This document shows positions 1 through 10,072 of a stretch of DNA of 64,000 bases, in pieces. The stretch is from an uncultured Actinomycetes bacterium (GTDB lineage Bacteria > Actinomycetota > Thermoleophilia > Gaiellales > Gaiellaceae). Under the pieces are notes generated by a model. It saw only the letters and a program-made list of their open reading frames with translations. It ran no database searches and was not told the DNA's origin. The stretch is from contig CAVPQJ010000002.1 of NCBI GenBank assembly GCA_963707525.1, positions 372,138 to 436,137 on the forward strand. Reading direction: 5' to 3'. Each line of letters opens with the position of its first letter. The first letter of the stretch is position 1. Made by a program: the position numbers and the translations under genes.

Positions 1-1
1 G

Positions 2-884
2 CGCATCCAGGTCGAGCACACGGTCACCGAAGAGGTGACCGGGCTCGATCTCGTTCGCGAGCAAGTCCGGATCGCGCTCGGCGAGCCACTGTCGCTCACC
101 CAGGAGCAGGTGGAGCTGCGCGGTCACGCGATCGAGTGCCGAATCAACGCCGAGGACGCCGCGCACGGCTTCCTCCCGTCGCCCGGGGTTGTGACGGCGT
201 ACCGCGAGCCGTCCGGGCCTGGCGTGCGCGTCGACTCGGGCGTCGCTGCCGGAAGCGAGATCTCCGGCGTGTACGACCCGATGATCGCGAAGCTGATCGT
301 CCACGGCGTCGACCGCGAGCACGCGCGCAGGCGCATGCTCCGCGCGCTCGACGAGTTCGTGATCGAAGGCCCGAAGACGCTGCTCGGCTTTCACAAGGCG
401 CTGCTCGAGCACCAGTGCTTCGTGCGTGGAGAGACGTGCCACGGACTTGTCGAGTCGGATGAGCTGGCAGCGCGCGCCGCCGAGCTCGACGGAGCCGTTG
501 CTCCGTAGCGGTCCGTTACCGGGTCGTACCGTTGAGCGTTCGCGCACCGTCGAGGTCGACGGTCGCCGTTTCGAGGTGCGCGTGCTCGAGCCCGAGCAGC
601 CGTGGCGAGCGCTCGCGCGCAGGCGCAAGGAACGCGTGCACGCGGGCGGCGCGGGAGGCAACGACGCGATCGTCTCGCCGATGCAGGGGACGGTGCTGTC
701 CGTGGCCGTCGCCGATGGCGACACGGTCGAGACCGGCCAGGTGCTCTGCATCGTCGAGGCGATGAAGATGGAGAACGAGGTGCGCGCGCCGCACGGCGGT
801 GTCGTCGCGGAGCTGTCGGTCGCGGCAGGCGAGCCGGTTGGGGCAGGGCAGGTCATCTGTGTCCTCGCCGGTAGCCTCACCTGA
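2..884 (+). pseudogene. Acyl-CoA (acetyl/propionyl-type) carboxylase alpha chain, 3' part: biotin carboxylase C-domain plus biotinyl (BCCP) domain. The 5' end lies outside the window and the frame breaks near 490-506.
   Basis: Frame 2 from the window edge reads RIQVEHTVTEEVTGLDLV...ECRINAED...MIAKLIVHG (biotin carboxylase) and stops at 506-508. Frame 0 continues with the linker VEVDGRRFEV and the biotinylation motif EAMKMEN (ORF 426..884). No convincing start precedes the BCCP domain, and a fused BC-BCCP is the usual actinobacterial form. Confidence 0.8.
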
Positions 885-950
885 CTGGCCAATTACTGGG
901 GGGTCCCATGCTTCGCATCACGCGTTGCTGCGTCGCTCCTTGCGGCGCTC

Positions 951-1265
951 GTGTTCTCGGTCTCTGCTCTCGCGTCTGCGCCGCCGGTTGGACCGCTTCC
1001 GAAGGGTCCCGTGACGTCGATCTCCACCGCCAAGGACTCGCTCGTCTCCGTCGCGCTGCCGTCGCGCGCAGGCAAGTCCTGGCGGCTTGCCCGGGCCGTC
1101 AACGCGCATGTGCTCGTCGAGGTGTCGGAGGCGAATGTCGGCAGCGCCGTTGTCGTCGTCTACCGCGCAGTCGGGCGCGGGAGCGTCAGCGTCCGCTACG
1201 GCCTGACCCGTGGCGAGACGCGTAAGGCGTACGCCTCCGCGACGTTCAACGTGAGCGTTCGCTAG
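951..1265 (+). CDS. Hypothetical protein, possibly secreted
   Basis: ORF 951..1265. In-frame upstream residues (RVAASLLAALVFSVSALASA) look like a signal peptide, but there is no canonical start before GTG 951. No family recognised. Confidence 0.35.
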   Translation: MFSVSALASAPPVGPLPKGPVTSISTAKDSLVSVALPSRAGKSWRLARAVNAHVLVEVSEANVGSAVVVVYRAVGRGSVSVRYGLTRGETRKAYASATFNVSVR

Positions 1266-1289
1266 TTCAGCCGTTCGCGGCTGCGATCG

Positions 1290-2061
1290 TCAGATAGAGC
1301 GCTGATACGCGCGGAAGCACCACGTCGCGAACAATGACGTGACGGCGGTCGCCGCGAGCAGGAAGAGGAGGTAGAGGCCGCTCGACCCCAGTGGCCGCCG
1401 GTGACGATCGCGTTGCGAGCGGCGTGGACGCCCCAGTTCACCGGGTTGAATCGCGAGAGCTGTGCGATCCAGTTCGGCATCTGCCGCTGCGGGATCAGGA
1501 TCGCGGAGAGGAACATCAACGGCAGGCCGACGAAGTTCGCGGCGGCGATCATCGACGCCTCCTTGCGGACCGTCAGCGCGATCCCGTGCGACAGACCGGC
1601 GAAGGTCATCGCGAGGAGCGCAGCTGCGGCGAGCACGACGAGCCAGCCGACGCACGCCGCCGTGGACGCGCACGCCGAGCGCGAGCCCGACGAGGAGCAG
1701 GAGCAGCGCCTGAATCACGGCGATGATGCCGGAACGCACGACCTGCGAGAGGACGATCGCGAAGCGCGATGCGGGCGCGGCGAGGAAGCGGTCGAGCACG
1801 TGCCGGTTGAGGTCGGCTGATCATCGCCATGCCGGACCAGCTGCCACCGAAGAACGCGTTCATGCAGATGATCCCGGGCGCCAGGAACTCGATGTACGTC
1901 GACGCGCCGCCGCGCAGTGCTCCGACGCGCGAGAAGAGCTGCCCGTAGAGCAGCAGCCAGATCAGCGGCTGGATCACCATCAACGCGATCCAGATCGGCT
2001 CGCGCATCAGGTTGCGCAGCTGCCGCACGATCATCCAACCGGTTTGGCGGAGAAGCTGCAT
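1290..2061 (-). pseudogene. ABC-2 type transporter permease, with three frame breaks near 1805, 1645 and 1385
   Basis: N-terminus MQLLRQTGWMIVRQLRNLMREPIWIALMVIQPLIWLLLYG (ORF 1606..2511). Middle LDRFLAAPASRFAIVLSQVV (ORF 1290..1799). Then IAAANFVGLPLMFLSAILIPQRQMPNWIAQLSRFNPVNW (ORF 1262..1636). The tail returns to the 1290 frame. Its ATG overlaps the ATPase stop (ATGA at 2059-2063). Confidence 0.8.
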
Positions 2062-3038
2062 CAGCTCTTGCCCGCCGCGGCATCTTCCGACGCGAAGTCG
2101 CGGCCGGTGTAGTGGAGATAGACGTCGTCGAGCGACGGCCTTGCCGTCGTGACCGACGCGACCTGGAAGCCGCGGCCGTCGAGGGTGGAGAGAATCGTCG
2201 GGATCGCCTGCGCGCCGTTCGGAACGCGCGCACGCACGAGGCGGCCGTCGACGCCGACCTCGCTTGCGCCGTCGATCGAGCGCACGATCTCTGCTGCGTC
2301 CTCGACGCGCCCGTTGGGATCCCCGAGCTCGACGGTCACGAGCTCGCCGCGCAGGTTCGCCTTCAGCTCCTCGGGCGTTCCCTCGATGACGACTTTCCCG
2401 CGGCTCACGATGGCGACGCGCTCCGCGAGCCGGTCGGCCTCTTCGAGGTAGTGCGTCGTGAGCAGGATCGTCAGGCTCTCCTGCTCCGCGAGCCGCTCGA
2501 CCTCGACCCACATCGCCGCCCGTGCTTCCGGGTCGAGCCCGGTGGTCGGCTCGTCGAGGAAGAGCACGCGCGGCCGGTGGACGAGGCCGATGGCGATGTC
2601 GAGCCGCCGCTTCATCCCGCCGGAGTAGCCGCGCGCCACGCGTTCGGCGGCGTCGCGCAGGCCGACGAGCTCGAGCACCTCGTCGACGCGCGATCGCAGC
2701 GGCGCACCCGCCATCCCGTGGATCCGGCCCTGCAGCAGGAGGTTCTCGCGGCCGGTCGCCTCCCAGTCGACGCCCGAGTCCTGCGCGACGTAGCCGATGG
2801 CGCGGCGCACGCGGTTCGGGTGGCGCGTGACGTCTTCACCGGCGACGATCGCGCGCCCGGAGTCCGGCTGCGTCAGCGTCGCGAGCGTGCGCACCGCCGT
2901 CGATTTGCCGGCGCCGTTCGGGCCGAGCAGCCCGAACACCTCGCCGTCGCGCACGGAGAACGAGAGGCCGTCGAGGGCCTGCACGTCCTTGTAGCGCTTG
3001 TACAGGTCTTCGGCGACGATCGCGTCCACGGCCGCCAA
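2061..3038 (-). CDS. ABC transporter ATP-binding protein (DrrA-like, ABC-2 exporter partner)
   Basis: Walker A GPNGAGKST, signature YSGGMKRRL, Walker B VLFLDEPTTGLD. Intact 325-aa ORF. Confidence 0.95.
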   Translation of the reverse strand: MAAVDAIVAEDLYKRYKDVQALDGLSFSVRDGEVFGLLGPNGAGKSTAVRTLATLTQPDSGRAIVAGEDVTRHPNRVRRAIGYVAQDSGVDWEATGRENLLLQGRIHGMAGAPLRSRVDEVLELVGLRDAAERVARGYSGGMKRRLDIAIGLVHRPRVLFLDEPTTGLDPEARAAMWVEVERLAEQESLTILLTTHYLEEADRLAERVAIVSRGKVVIEGTPEELKANLRGELVTVELGDPNGRVEDAAEIVRSIDGASEVGVDGRLVRARVPNGAQAIPTILSTLDGRGFQVASVTTARPSLDDVYLHYTGRDFASEDAAAGKS

Positions 3039-3066
3039 CAGTAGTCACGCAACGTGGTCTGCAGCC

Positions 3067-3249
3067 CTACGACTCGGAAATTCGCACGCCGGCCCAGATG
3101 CCCGCGATCGCACCGATCACGCCGAAGAGGAACGACGAGAGCGAGAACGAGCTTGCGCCCCAGAGCACGGGCACGTAGCCGCCGACGAACATGCCGAAGC
3201 CGCCGCAAAGACCGATTGCAGAACGTCCCATGCCCGGAGTAATCGGCAC
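3067..3249 (-). CDS. Small glycine-zipper membrane protein (hypothetical)
   Basis: 60-aa ORF with two hydrophobic Gly-rich segments (GLCGGFGMFVGGYV, VIGAIAGIWAG). No family assignment. Confidence 0.4.
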   Translation of the reverse strand: MPITPGMGRSAIGLCGGFGMFVGGYVPVLWGASSFSLSSFLFGVIGAIAGIWAGVRISES

Positions 3250-3279
3250 CTAGCCGGCGGATCGTTAGAGTCCGCCGCC

Positions 3280-4431
3280 GTGGATCTGTACGAGTACCAG
3301 GGCAAGGAGCTCTTCCGCCGCGTCGGCATCCCGGTGTCCGACGGCCGCCTCGCCGTCTCGCCGGAGGAAGCCCGCGCTGCAGCGTCTTCGCTCGGCGGCC
3401 CGGTCGTCGTCAAGGCGCAGGTGCTCACCGGCGGCCGCGGCAAGGCGGGTGGCGTGAAGCTCGCCGACGATCCGGCCGACGCCGAGCAGAAGGCGCGCGG
3501 CATCCTCGGGCTCGACATCAACGGCCACATCGTCCGCAAGCTCTGGATCGAGAAAGCGTCCGATATCGCGAAGGAGTACTACCTCTCGATCACGTTCGAC
3601 CGTGGCGAGAAGAAGCCGCTCTTCATGTTCACGACGCAGGGCGGCGTCGAGATCGAGCAGGTCGTGGAGGAGAACCCGGACGCGCTGATCCGCCTTCACG
3701 TCGACCCCTCGGAAGGCTTTCAGCCGTGGGTCGCGCGCCGGCTCATCTACGGCGCAGGCGTCGAGGACGCGAGCGAGCAGAAGCAGATCGCGTCGATCAT
3801 CGAGAAGCTCTACAGGGCTTTCGTCGAGTTCGACGCGATGCTCTGCGAGATCAACCCGCTGATCGTGACGCCGGACGGCGAGGTGAAGGCGCTCGACTCG
3901 AAGTTCACCGTCGACGACAACGCGCTCTTCCGGCATCCGGACGTCTCGGAGATGCGCGACACCGCGGCGGCCGACCCGCTCGAGGCATTCGCACGCGAGA
4001 AGGGCGTGACGTACGTCAAGCTCGACGGCGACGTCGGCATCTGCGGCAACGGCGCGGGCCTCTCGATGTCGACGGTCGACGTCGTCGCACACGTCGGCGG
4101 CAGGCCGGCGAACTTCTGCGATCTCGGCGGCGGCGGCAACGCGCAAGGCGTCGTCGATGCGCTCGAGGTGATCACGCGCGATCCGCAGGTGAAGTCGATC
4201 TTCTTCAACGTCTTCGGCGGCATCACGCGCGGCGACGAGGTCGCGCGCGGGATTCTCGAGGCGCTCGAGCGGCTCGACATGTCGAAGTACCCGATCGTCG
4301 TGCGCCTCGACGGCACGAATGCCGAGGAAGGCCGGAAGATCCTCGCCGACGCCGGCAAGCCGAACATCTATCCCGAGGCGACGATGCTCGACGGGGCAAA
4401 GCGCGCGGTGGAGTTGGCGAAGACGGCATGA
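3280..4431 (+). CDS. sucC: Succinyl-CoA ligase (ADP-forming) beta subunit
   Basis: GTG at 3280, then VDLYEYQGKELFRRVGIPV..., VVVKAQVLTGGRGKAGGVK, and the C-terminal ligase-CoA domain GNGAGLSMSTVD. The long upstream part of ORF 2998..4431 is non-coding read-through. Confidence 0.95.
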   Translation: MDLYEYQGKELFRRVGIPVSDGRLAVSPEEARAAASSLGGPVVVKAQVLTGGRGKAGGVKLADDPADAEQKARGILGLDINGHIVRKLWIEKASDIAKEYYLSITFDRGEKKPLFMFTTQGGVEIEQVVEENPDALIRLHVDPSEGFQPWVARRLIYGAGVEDASEQKQIASIIEKLYRAFVEFDAMLCEINPLIVTPDGEVKALDSKFTVDDNALFRHPDVSEMRDTAAADPLEAFAREKGVTYVKLDGDVGICGNGAGLSMSTVDVVAHVGGRPANFCDLGGGGNAQGVVDALEVITRDPQVKSIFFNVFGGITRGDEVARGILEALERLDMSKYPIVVRLDGTNAEEGRKILADAGKPNIYPEATMLDGAKRAVELAKTA

Positions 4432-5070
4432 CCGATCTCTGGAGCGACCGTGCGGAGCAGTACCGGCAGAGCCCGATCCATGCGGCGGGCGAGGACCTCG
4501 ACCTCGTCGTCGACTGGTGCGAGCCCGGGCCGGGTGTGACCGTCCTCGACGTCGCAACCGGCGGCGGCCACGTCGCACGTCGTCTGCGCGAGGCCGGCGC
4601 AACGGTCGTCACGGTCGATCCGGCTCCCGGCATGCAGGCCGACACGACCGCGACTGCGGAGCATCTTCCCTTTGCCGACGGCAGCTTCGACGCCGTCGCT
4701 TGCCGCCTCGCCGCGCATCACTTCGCCGACGTGATCGCCGCGGTGAAGGAGATGGCGCGCGTCGCGAAGCACCGCGTCGTGATCTGCGACAACACGTTCG
4801 TCAGCGAGTCCTCGGAGGAAGCCGACCGCGTGCGCGACCCGAGTCACGTGCGCAACTACTCGCAGCCCGAGTGGCACAGCTTCTTCGAGCTCGCGGGCCT
4901 CGAGGTTGCGGACGAGCGCTACCTCGAGCGGCCGCTCGAGATCGAGCCGTGGCTCGCCCGCGTCGAGCTGCACCGGCGAAGACGCGGCTCGCGTGCGAGA
5001 GCTGCTCGGAGACCGCGTCGTCGACGGCGTCATGCCGCTGCCGACGCTCGTCATCAAAGGCGTCAAGTAA
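4428..5070 (+). pseudogene. Class I SAM-dependent methyltransferase (Methyltransf_11-like), one frame break near 4966
   Basis: Motif I VLDVATGGGHVA, and PFADGSFDAVACRLAAHHF. After PWLARVEL the frame shifts by +1 to give TGEDAARVRELLGDRVVDGVMPLPTLVIKGVK*. The ATG overlaps the sucC stop (ATGA 4428-4431) and the stop overlaps the sucD ATG (TAATG 5068-5072). Confidence 0.85.
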
Positions 5071-5941
5071 TGGCGATCATCGTCGACAACGACACGCGCC
5101 TCGTCATCCAGGGGCTCACCGGGAGCGAGGGCCGGTTCCACGGTCTGCGCAACCGGGACTACGGCACGAATGTCGTCGCGGGCGTCACGCCGGGCAAGGG
5201 CGGCCAGGACGTCGAAGGCATTCCGGTGTTCGACACGGTCGCGGACGCGGTCGACAAGGCCGGCGCGAACGCGTCGCTCATCTTCGTGCCTGCGCGCTTT
5301 GCCGCCGACGCGATCTACGAGGCCGTGGACGCGGGCATCGCGACCGTCATCTGCATCACCGAGCACGTCCCGGTGCACGAGATGCTGCGCGCGTACACGT
5401 ACTTCCGTCCGAAGGGCATCACGATGATCGGCCCGAACTGCCCGGGCGTGCTCTCGCCGGGCAAGGCGAACGTCGGGATCATCCCCGCCGAGATCTTCAG
5501 CGAGGGATCGGTCGGGCTCGTGTCGCGCTCCGGCACGCTCACGTACCAGATCGGCCACGAGTTGACGCAGCTCGGACTCGGGAACTCGACGATCGTCGGG
5601 CATCGGCGGCGATCCGGTCGTCGGCTCGTCGTTCATCGACGTGACTCGCAAAGTTCGAGGACGATCCGGAAACAGAGTTGATCGTCATGGTCGGCGAGAT
5701 CGGCGGCGACGAAGAGGAGAAGGCCGCCGCGTTCATCAGCGAGCACGTGAAGAAGCCGGTGCTCTCCTACATCGCCGGCTTCTCGGCTCCGCCCGGCAAG
5801 ACCATGGGCCATGCCGGCGCCATCATCTCGGGCTCGTCGGGGACCGCGCAGGGCAAGAAGGAAGCGCTCGAGGCGCGCGGCATCGAGGTCGGCACGACGC
5901 CGACCGAGGTTGCCCAGATGGTCGCCGACCGCATGAAGTAG
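5070..5941 (+). pseudogene. sucD: Succinyl-CoA ligase alpha subunit, two single-base insertions near 5598 and 5647
   Basis: MAIIVDNDTRLVIQGLTGSEGRFH..., GPNCPGV, SRSGTLTY. IVG|IGGDPVVGSSFIDV|[21 protein letters not shown] is recovered only by two +1 shifts. The tail is ORF 5678..5941 ([10 protein letters not shown]). Confidence 0.9.
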
Positions 5942-5974
5942 TTCTCTCATCGCAGCCTTAGCTGCCTTGCCGTA

Positions 5975-7384
5975 GTGTCTTCACACGTGCGCCGCCTCGA
6001 AGCTCTCACGCTGGTCGCGGCGGCGACCGCGGTACTGATCTTCACTGCGAGGGCCGGCGCAAAGCCTGAGGCCGACGCATCGTGGACGTCGTACGGCCAC
6101 GACCAGCAGCTCACCGCGTTCACCGACGCGCCCGCGTTCACGTCTCAGGTGAAGGGCTTCACGCTGGCCTGGAAGGCCGCGCTCTCGGGAGCGATCGTCG
6201 CCTCCCCGCTCGCGGCGCGCACCTCGGCGGAGGGACTCGTCATCTTCGCCGCCACCGAGGGCGGAAACGTCTACGCGATCGGGGACCAGGGCACCGTGCT
6301 CTGGCAGAAGTCGATCGGCACGGTCAGCGCCAACGGCAACTGCGGCACGTATGGCGTGAGCTCGACAGGAGTCGTCGACACGGCGCGCGGCCTGCTGTAC
6401 GTCGCCGGCGCCTCCGGCGCGCTCCACGCTCTGAGTCTGACGGACGGAACCGAGGCGCCGGGATATCCGGTCCAGGTCGTGTCGCGGCGGCGCACCGAGT
6501 ACATCTGGGGCGGCCTGCGCCTCGTCGGCGGGACGCTCTACGTCCCGGTCGCCTCGTATTGCGACGCTCCCGATCGACGCGGGGTGCCGGCGGAAGGTCG
6601 ACTCGTCGCGTACGACGTCACGCAGCCGTCGGCTCCTGCGGCGATCTTCGACCCGGTTCCCGGCGCTGACAACCTCGGCGGAATCTGGGGGTGGGGCGGC
6701 GTATCCGTCTCGCTCGACGGTGACGTCCTCTACACCGGGATCGGCAACGCCGAGCCCGATGTCGACACCGGCTTCAGCGACAGCATGGTCGAGCTCTCCG
6801 CGGATCTGTCAAAGACCATTGGGGTGAACCGGCCGATCGAATCGGTCGACGGGATGGACACAGACCTTGGCGCCGCACCGATGCTCTTCAAGCCGATCGG
6901 GTGTCCGGCTCTGCTCGCGGCGAACGACAAGTCCGGTGACCTCCTGATCTGGCGACAGGACGCTCTCGACCAGGGGTTGTACGCGCGCATTCCGCTCAGC
7001 GACGGGTTGAGCGCATTCGTCGGCGCACCGAGCTGGTCCCCGCGCACGCAGATGCTCTACGACTCGACGGCGACGGCTCAGAGTGGGAGTACGCGTCTCG
7101 TAGGCACGCTCGCGTTGAAGGCCACGGCGAAGTGCGGGTTCACCAAGCGCTGGTTCACCGCCACCGGCGACGGAACGCAACCGCAGCCGCTCATCGCGGG
7201 CGACCTCGTTGCGGATGCGGGCGGCTCGACCGGCGGATTCGTCGTCGAACGGGCCGCGACGGGGGTCGTCGTCTGGCGCTACCCGACGACAGCTCCGACC
7301 CTCTCGCCTCTGATCGAGGCCGGCGGTGAGTTGATCGGCGGCGACTGGAGCGGCAACCTCTACGCCTTTCGGCCGACGCGGTAA
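5975..7384 (+). CDS. Secreted PQQ-like / BamB-like beta-propeller repeat protein
   Basis: N-terminal signal or TM segment (LTLVAAATAVLIFTARAGA). Repeated G-x-V/L-Y-A/V motifs (GGNVYAIGDQGTVLW, GALHALSLTDG, GNLYAF) typical of PQQ-like propellers. Confidence 0.8.
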   Translation: MSSHVRRLEALTLVAAATAVLIFTARAGAKPEADASWTSYGHDQQLTAFTDAPAFTSQVKGFTLAWKAALSGAIVASPLAARTSAEGLVIFAATEGGNVYAIGDQGTVLWQKSIGTVSANGNCGTYGVSSTGVVDTARGLLYVAGASGALHALSLTDGTEAPGYPVQVVSRRRTEYIWGGLRLVGGTLYVPVASYCDAPDRRGVPAEGRLVAYDVTQPSAPAAIFDPVPGADNLGGIWGWGGVSVSLDGDVLYTGIGNAEPDVDTGFSDSMVELSADLSKTIGVNRPIESVDGMDTDLGAAPMLFKPIGCPALLAANDKSGDLLIWRQDALDQGLYARIPLSDGLSAFVGAPSWSPRTQMLYDSTATAQSGSTRLVGTLALKATAKCGFTKRWFTATGDGTQPQPLIAGDLVADAGGSTGGFVVERAATGVVVWRYPTTAPTLSPLIEAGGELIGGDWSGNLYAFRPTR

Positions 7385-7393
7385 CCTCAAGGC

Positions 7394-8497
7394 GTGGCTG
7401 TCATCTCCTTTGCGCGCGGAGTTCCCGCGCCGGAATGTCTCCCGGTCTCGGAGCTCGCCGACTGCGCGCAGAGCAGCGATCGAGGCGGACGGCACCTCGG
7501 TTCTCTCCTACGGGCCCGGTGGCGGCTACGCGCCGCTGCGGGAGTGGATCGCGGCTCGCCACGGCGTCGAGCCCGCCCGCGTCGTCATCACGAGCGGGTC
7601 GCTGCAGGGCTTCGTCTTCCTCGCGGAGCAGCTCGTCCAGAAGGGATCGCGCGTGCTCGTGGAGGCGCCGACCTACGACCGGCCGCTCAAGATCCTCACG
7701 CCGTCTCGGCGCCGACATCGTCGGCCTGCCGATGGACGACGACGGGCCTGCAGATCGACCAGCTCGAGCGCGCCCTTGCCGATGGCGAGAAGCCGGCCTT
7801 CCTCTACACGATCGCCACGTTCCAGAATCCGAGCGGACGGACGCTCACGCAGGAGCGCCGCGCGCGCATCGCCGAGCTCGCACGCGAGCACGAGCTGCTC
7901 GTCCTCGAGGACGATCCGTACGGACTCGTGCGCTACGAGGGCGATGCGCTGCCGACGATCTTCGAGCTGGAGGGCGGCACGAACGTCGCCTACGCGTCGT
8001 CGTTCTCCAAGACGATCGCGCCGGGCGTGCGCGTCGGCTACTTCGTCCTGCCGCCGGCGCTCGCAGCGCAGATCGAGGCTCTTGCCGTCTCGACGTACAT
8101 CTCGCCGCCGTTCATGACGCAGGCGACGGTGCACGAGTTCCTGCGTCGCGGCAACTTCGAGCCCAATCTCGAGCGGGTGAGCGGGCTGCTGAAAGCGCGG
8201 CGCGACGCGATGCTCGATGCGCTCGAGCGCCACATGCCGGACGGCGCGCGCTGGAGCCATCCCGACGGCGGCTACTTCATCTGGCTCGACCTGCCGGAGG
8301 AGACCGGCGATCTGCTTGCGCGTGCCGAGGCGGCAGGCGTCACGTTCGTGCCGGGCACGGACTTCTTCGCGGACGGCGGCGGCACGAAGTCGCTGCGGCT
8401 TGCGTTCAGCTTCGTCTCGCCGGAGGAGATCGCCGACGGAATCGAGAAGCTCGCGGGACTACTTCGCGGTGCGCCGTCGCCGGCGTCTGCGCTCTAG
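7394..8497 (+). pseudogene. PLP-dependent aminotransferase (class I/II), three +1 frame breaks near 7470, 7705 and 7745
   Basis: The pieces come from three ORFs. ORF 7394 gives ISFARGVPAPECLP. ORF 7410 gives LSYGPGGGYAPLREWIAARHGV...VLVEAPTYDRPLKIL. ORF 7435 gives LGADIVGLPMDDDG. Reading then returns to the 7394 frame with FQNPSGRTL and SSFSKTIAPGVRVGY (PLP-lysine). Confidence 0.85.
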
Positions 8498-8737
8498 CTG
8501 CGACAGCAAGATCCCGACGACGAAGCCGACCGCGAGGCTGAGCAGGATCAGCCAGACGAGCGAGACGTTCGCGGTCGCGAAGACGAAGTGCAGATGCACC
8601 GACTTCTTGTTCTCGAGCACGAACGCGACCGCATACGCGGCGAGCAGAAGGAGCGCGATCAGCCGGGCGTACAGCTTCGGCTGCCAGTTCTCCTGGAGCT
8701 CTTCGGTGTCGATGGAGGGGCGGCGCCTGAAACGCAC
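8459..8737 (-). CDS. LapA-domain (DUF1049-like) small integral membrane protein
   Basis: 92-aa ORF with two TM helices (LIALLLLAAYAVAFVL, LVWLILLSLAVGFVVGILL) and a basic C-tail. Its 3' end overlaps the aminotransferase 3' end convergently. Confidence 0.6.
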   Translation of the reverse strand: MRFRRRPSIDTEELQENWQPKLYARLIALLLLAAYAVAFVLENKKSVHLHFVFATANVSLVWLILLSLAVGFVVGILLSQLERRRRRRRTAK

Positions 8738-8746
8738 GCGCAGATC

Positions 8747-8923
8747 TTACGCGGCGACGTGCGCAGGGACGGTGCGAGGCACGAGCCGCGGCTGCTGCGG
8801 GCGAGCCATGCGGCCGGCGCTGTGGAGGCGGAAGGTGGGGCAGGTCTCCTCGCCGGGAAGGGCGCAAAGGCCCGCGCGGCGGAAGTAGCAATCACTGCAG
8901 GTTGCTTTGGGTCGTTTGCTCAT
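8747..8923 (-). CDS. Small Cys-rich protein (58 aa), absent from the ORF track
   Basis: ATG at 8923 to TAA at 8747: MSKRPKATCSDCYFRRAGLCALPGEETCPTFRLHSAGRMARPQQPRLVPRTVPAHVAA. It has four Cys (C9, C12, C20, C28) and ends 9 nt upstream of the LapA-domain gene on the same strand. Confidence 0.45.
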   Translation of the reverse strand: MSKRPKATCSDCYFRRAGLCALPGEETCPTFRLHSAGRMARPQQPRLVPRTVPAHVAA

Positions 8924-9058
8924 TTGTCCTTACGGTCTGGGGGATCGGACGTGGACTACGCGGCGATACTAGGGCCGAATCCGCGCGAAGCAAGCGTTGC
9001 CGCAGACGAAAACTGACGAATTTCCGGCAGTTTCCAGGCTGCCGAAAAATGGCGTTTT

Positions 9059-10072
9059 CTAGTGCTTCAGGGGCAGCGTTGCCAGCGCCTGCAACGCCTG
9101 GGGAAAACTCTTCACAGGGATGATGCGGAGGCCATTCGCATAGCGCCTCGCCTCCTGCGCGTTATCCCCAGCGGGAACGAGGAAGACGTCCGCTTTTGCC
9201 TCGGCGCGCGCCGAACGTCTTCTGCTTCACGCCGCCGATCGGATCGACTGCCCCGTTCAGCTCGATCTGACCCGTCACGGCCACGCGATAGCCGCGATCG
9301 ACGTTGTGGCCGAGCTTCTCCAGCACCTCGAGCGCGAACGCGAGCCCGGCGGATGGTCCGCCGACGTTGCGCGCGTTGATCCGGACCTTCAGCGGCAACG
9401 TGACATCCACGGCCTGCGCCGGCGCAAAGCCGATGATCGCGTGCTTCTTGTTTTGCGGGTCGGTGATCGTCTGGACGTGAACGGTGAGACGCTCACCGCC
9501 GCGATTGATCGAGAGCGCGACCGTCCCGCCTGGCTTGATTTCGCGAGCTGCGCACGCAGCCGCGCGAGCGATAGCGTCGACACGCCGTTGACGGCGACGA
9601 TCAAGTCGGACGGTTGGAGCTTGCCGACGGCGTGGCTGCTCTTGGAAAGAGCAGCCACGATGACGCCGCGTCGGCTTCGCGACGATCTTGTATCCCAGGT
9701 GGCGGAGCGCGACTGCGGCGGCGATCTTCTGCGAGATCGTCATCGCGCGCAGGTCGGCTTGCCGCGCCGCCTTGTCGCTGACGCCGGGCGGCACGATCTC
9801 GTTCGCGGGTACGAGCGTCGCGTCGCCGTGGATCGAGGGAAAGATCGACTCGAAGACGCTCGCCTTCCGCTCGATGACGTCGACGAAGTAGATGCCTCCC
9901 GGACCTGTGCGGGTCGTGGCCGCCCTGCACCGTCACGAGGGGTGCGACCGGGTGCGCAACATCGGGAAGCAGCAGGTAGTCGCTCGACGGGATCACGTAG
10001 AGGACGACTGCGACAAGGGCGGCGAGCCCTATCGAGTACTCCCACGACTTTCGCGGCGACGACGCCGCCCAC
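9059..10072 (-). pseudogene. PDZ domain / Lon-type S16 serine protease (YlbL/SdrC-like), about 5-6 frame breaks
   Basis: TM segment [31 protein letters not shown]-like VGKLQPSDLIVAVNGVS. Lon S16 motif NVGGPSAGLAFALEVLE...VAVTGQIELNGAVDPIGGVKQK. The tail AKADVFLVPAGDNAQEARRYANGLRIIPVKSF...LKH* ends at 9059. Pieces lie in ORFs 9601..9996, 9162..9794 and 9389..9658. Confidence 0.8.

Noticed and set aside
3726-5681. 651-aa plus-strand ORF that seems to fuse three genes. The 734-aa ORF 21183..23387 is similar.
   Set aside because: Both are composites. One is an out-of-frame read through sucC joined to the methyltransferase and the sucD N-terminus. The other is an out-of-frame read through sdhB and the CCG gene joined to the phosphoesterase and Asp23. 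The real gene boundaries are marked by ATGA/TGATG overlaps and by motif content.
9000-9058. Hairpin cggcag-cctggaaa-ctgccg as an intrinsic terminator of the Lon/PDZ protease gene
   Set aside because: The stem is only 6 bp, and the downstream T-tract is weak and interrupted (GAAATTCGTCAGTTTTCG). This is not enough to annotate.
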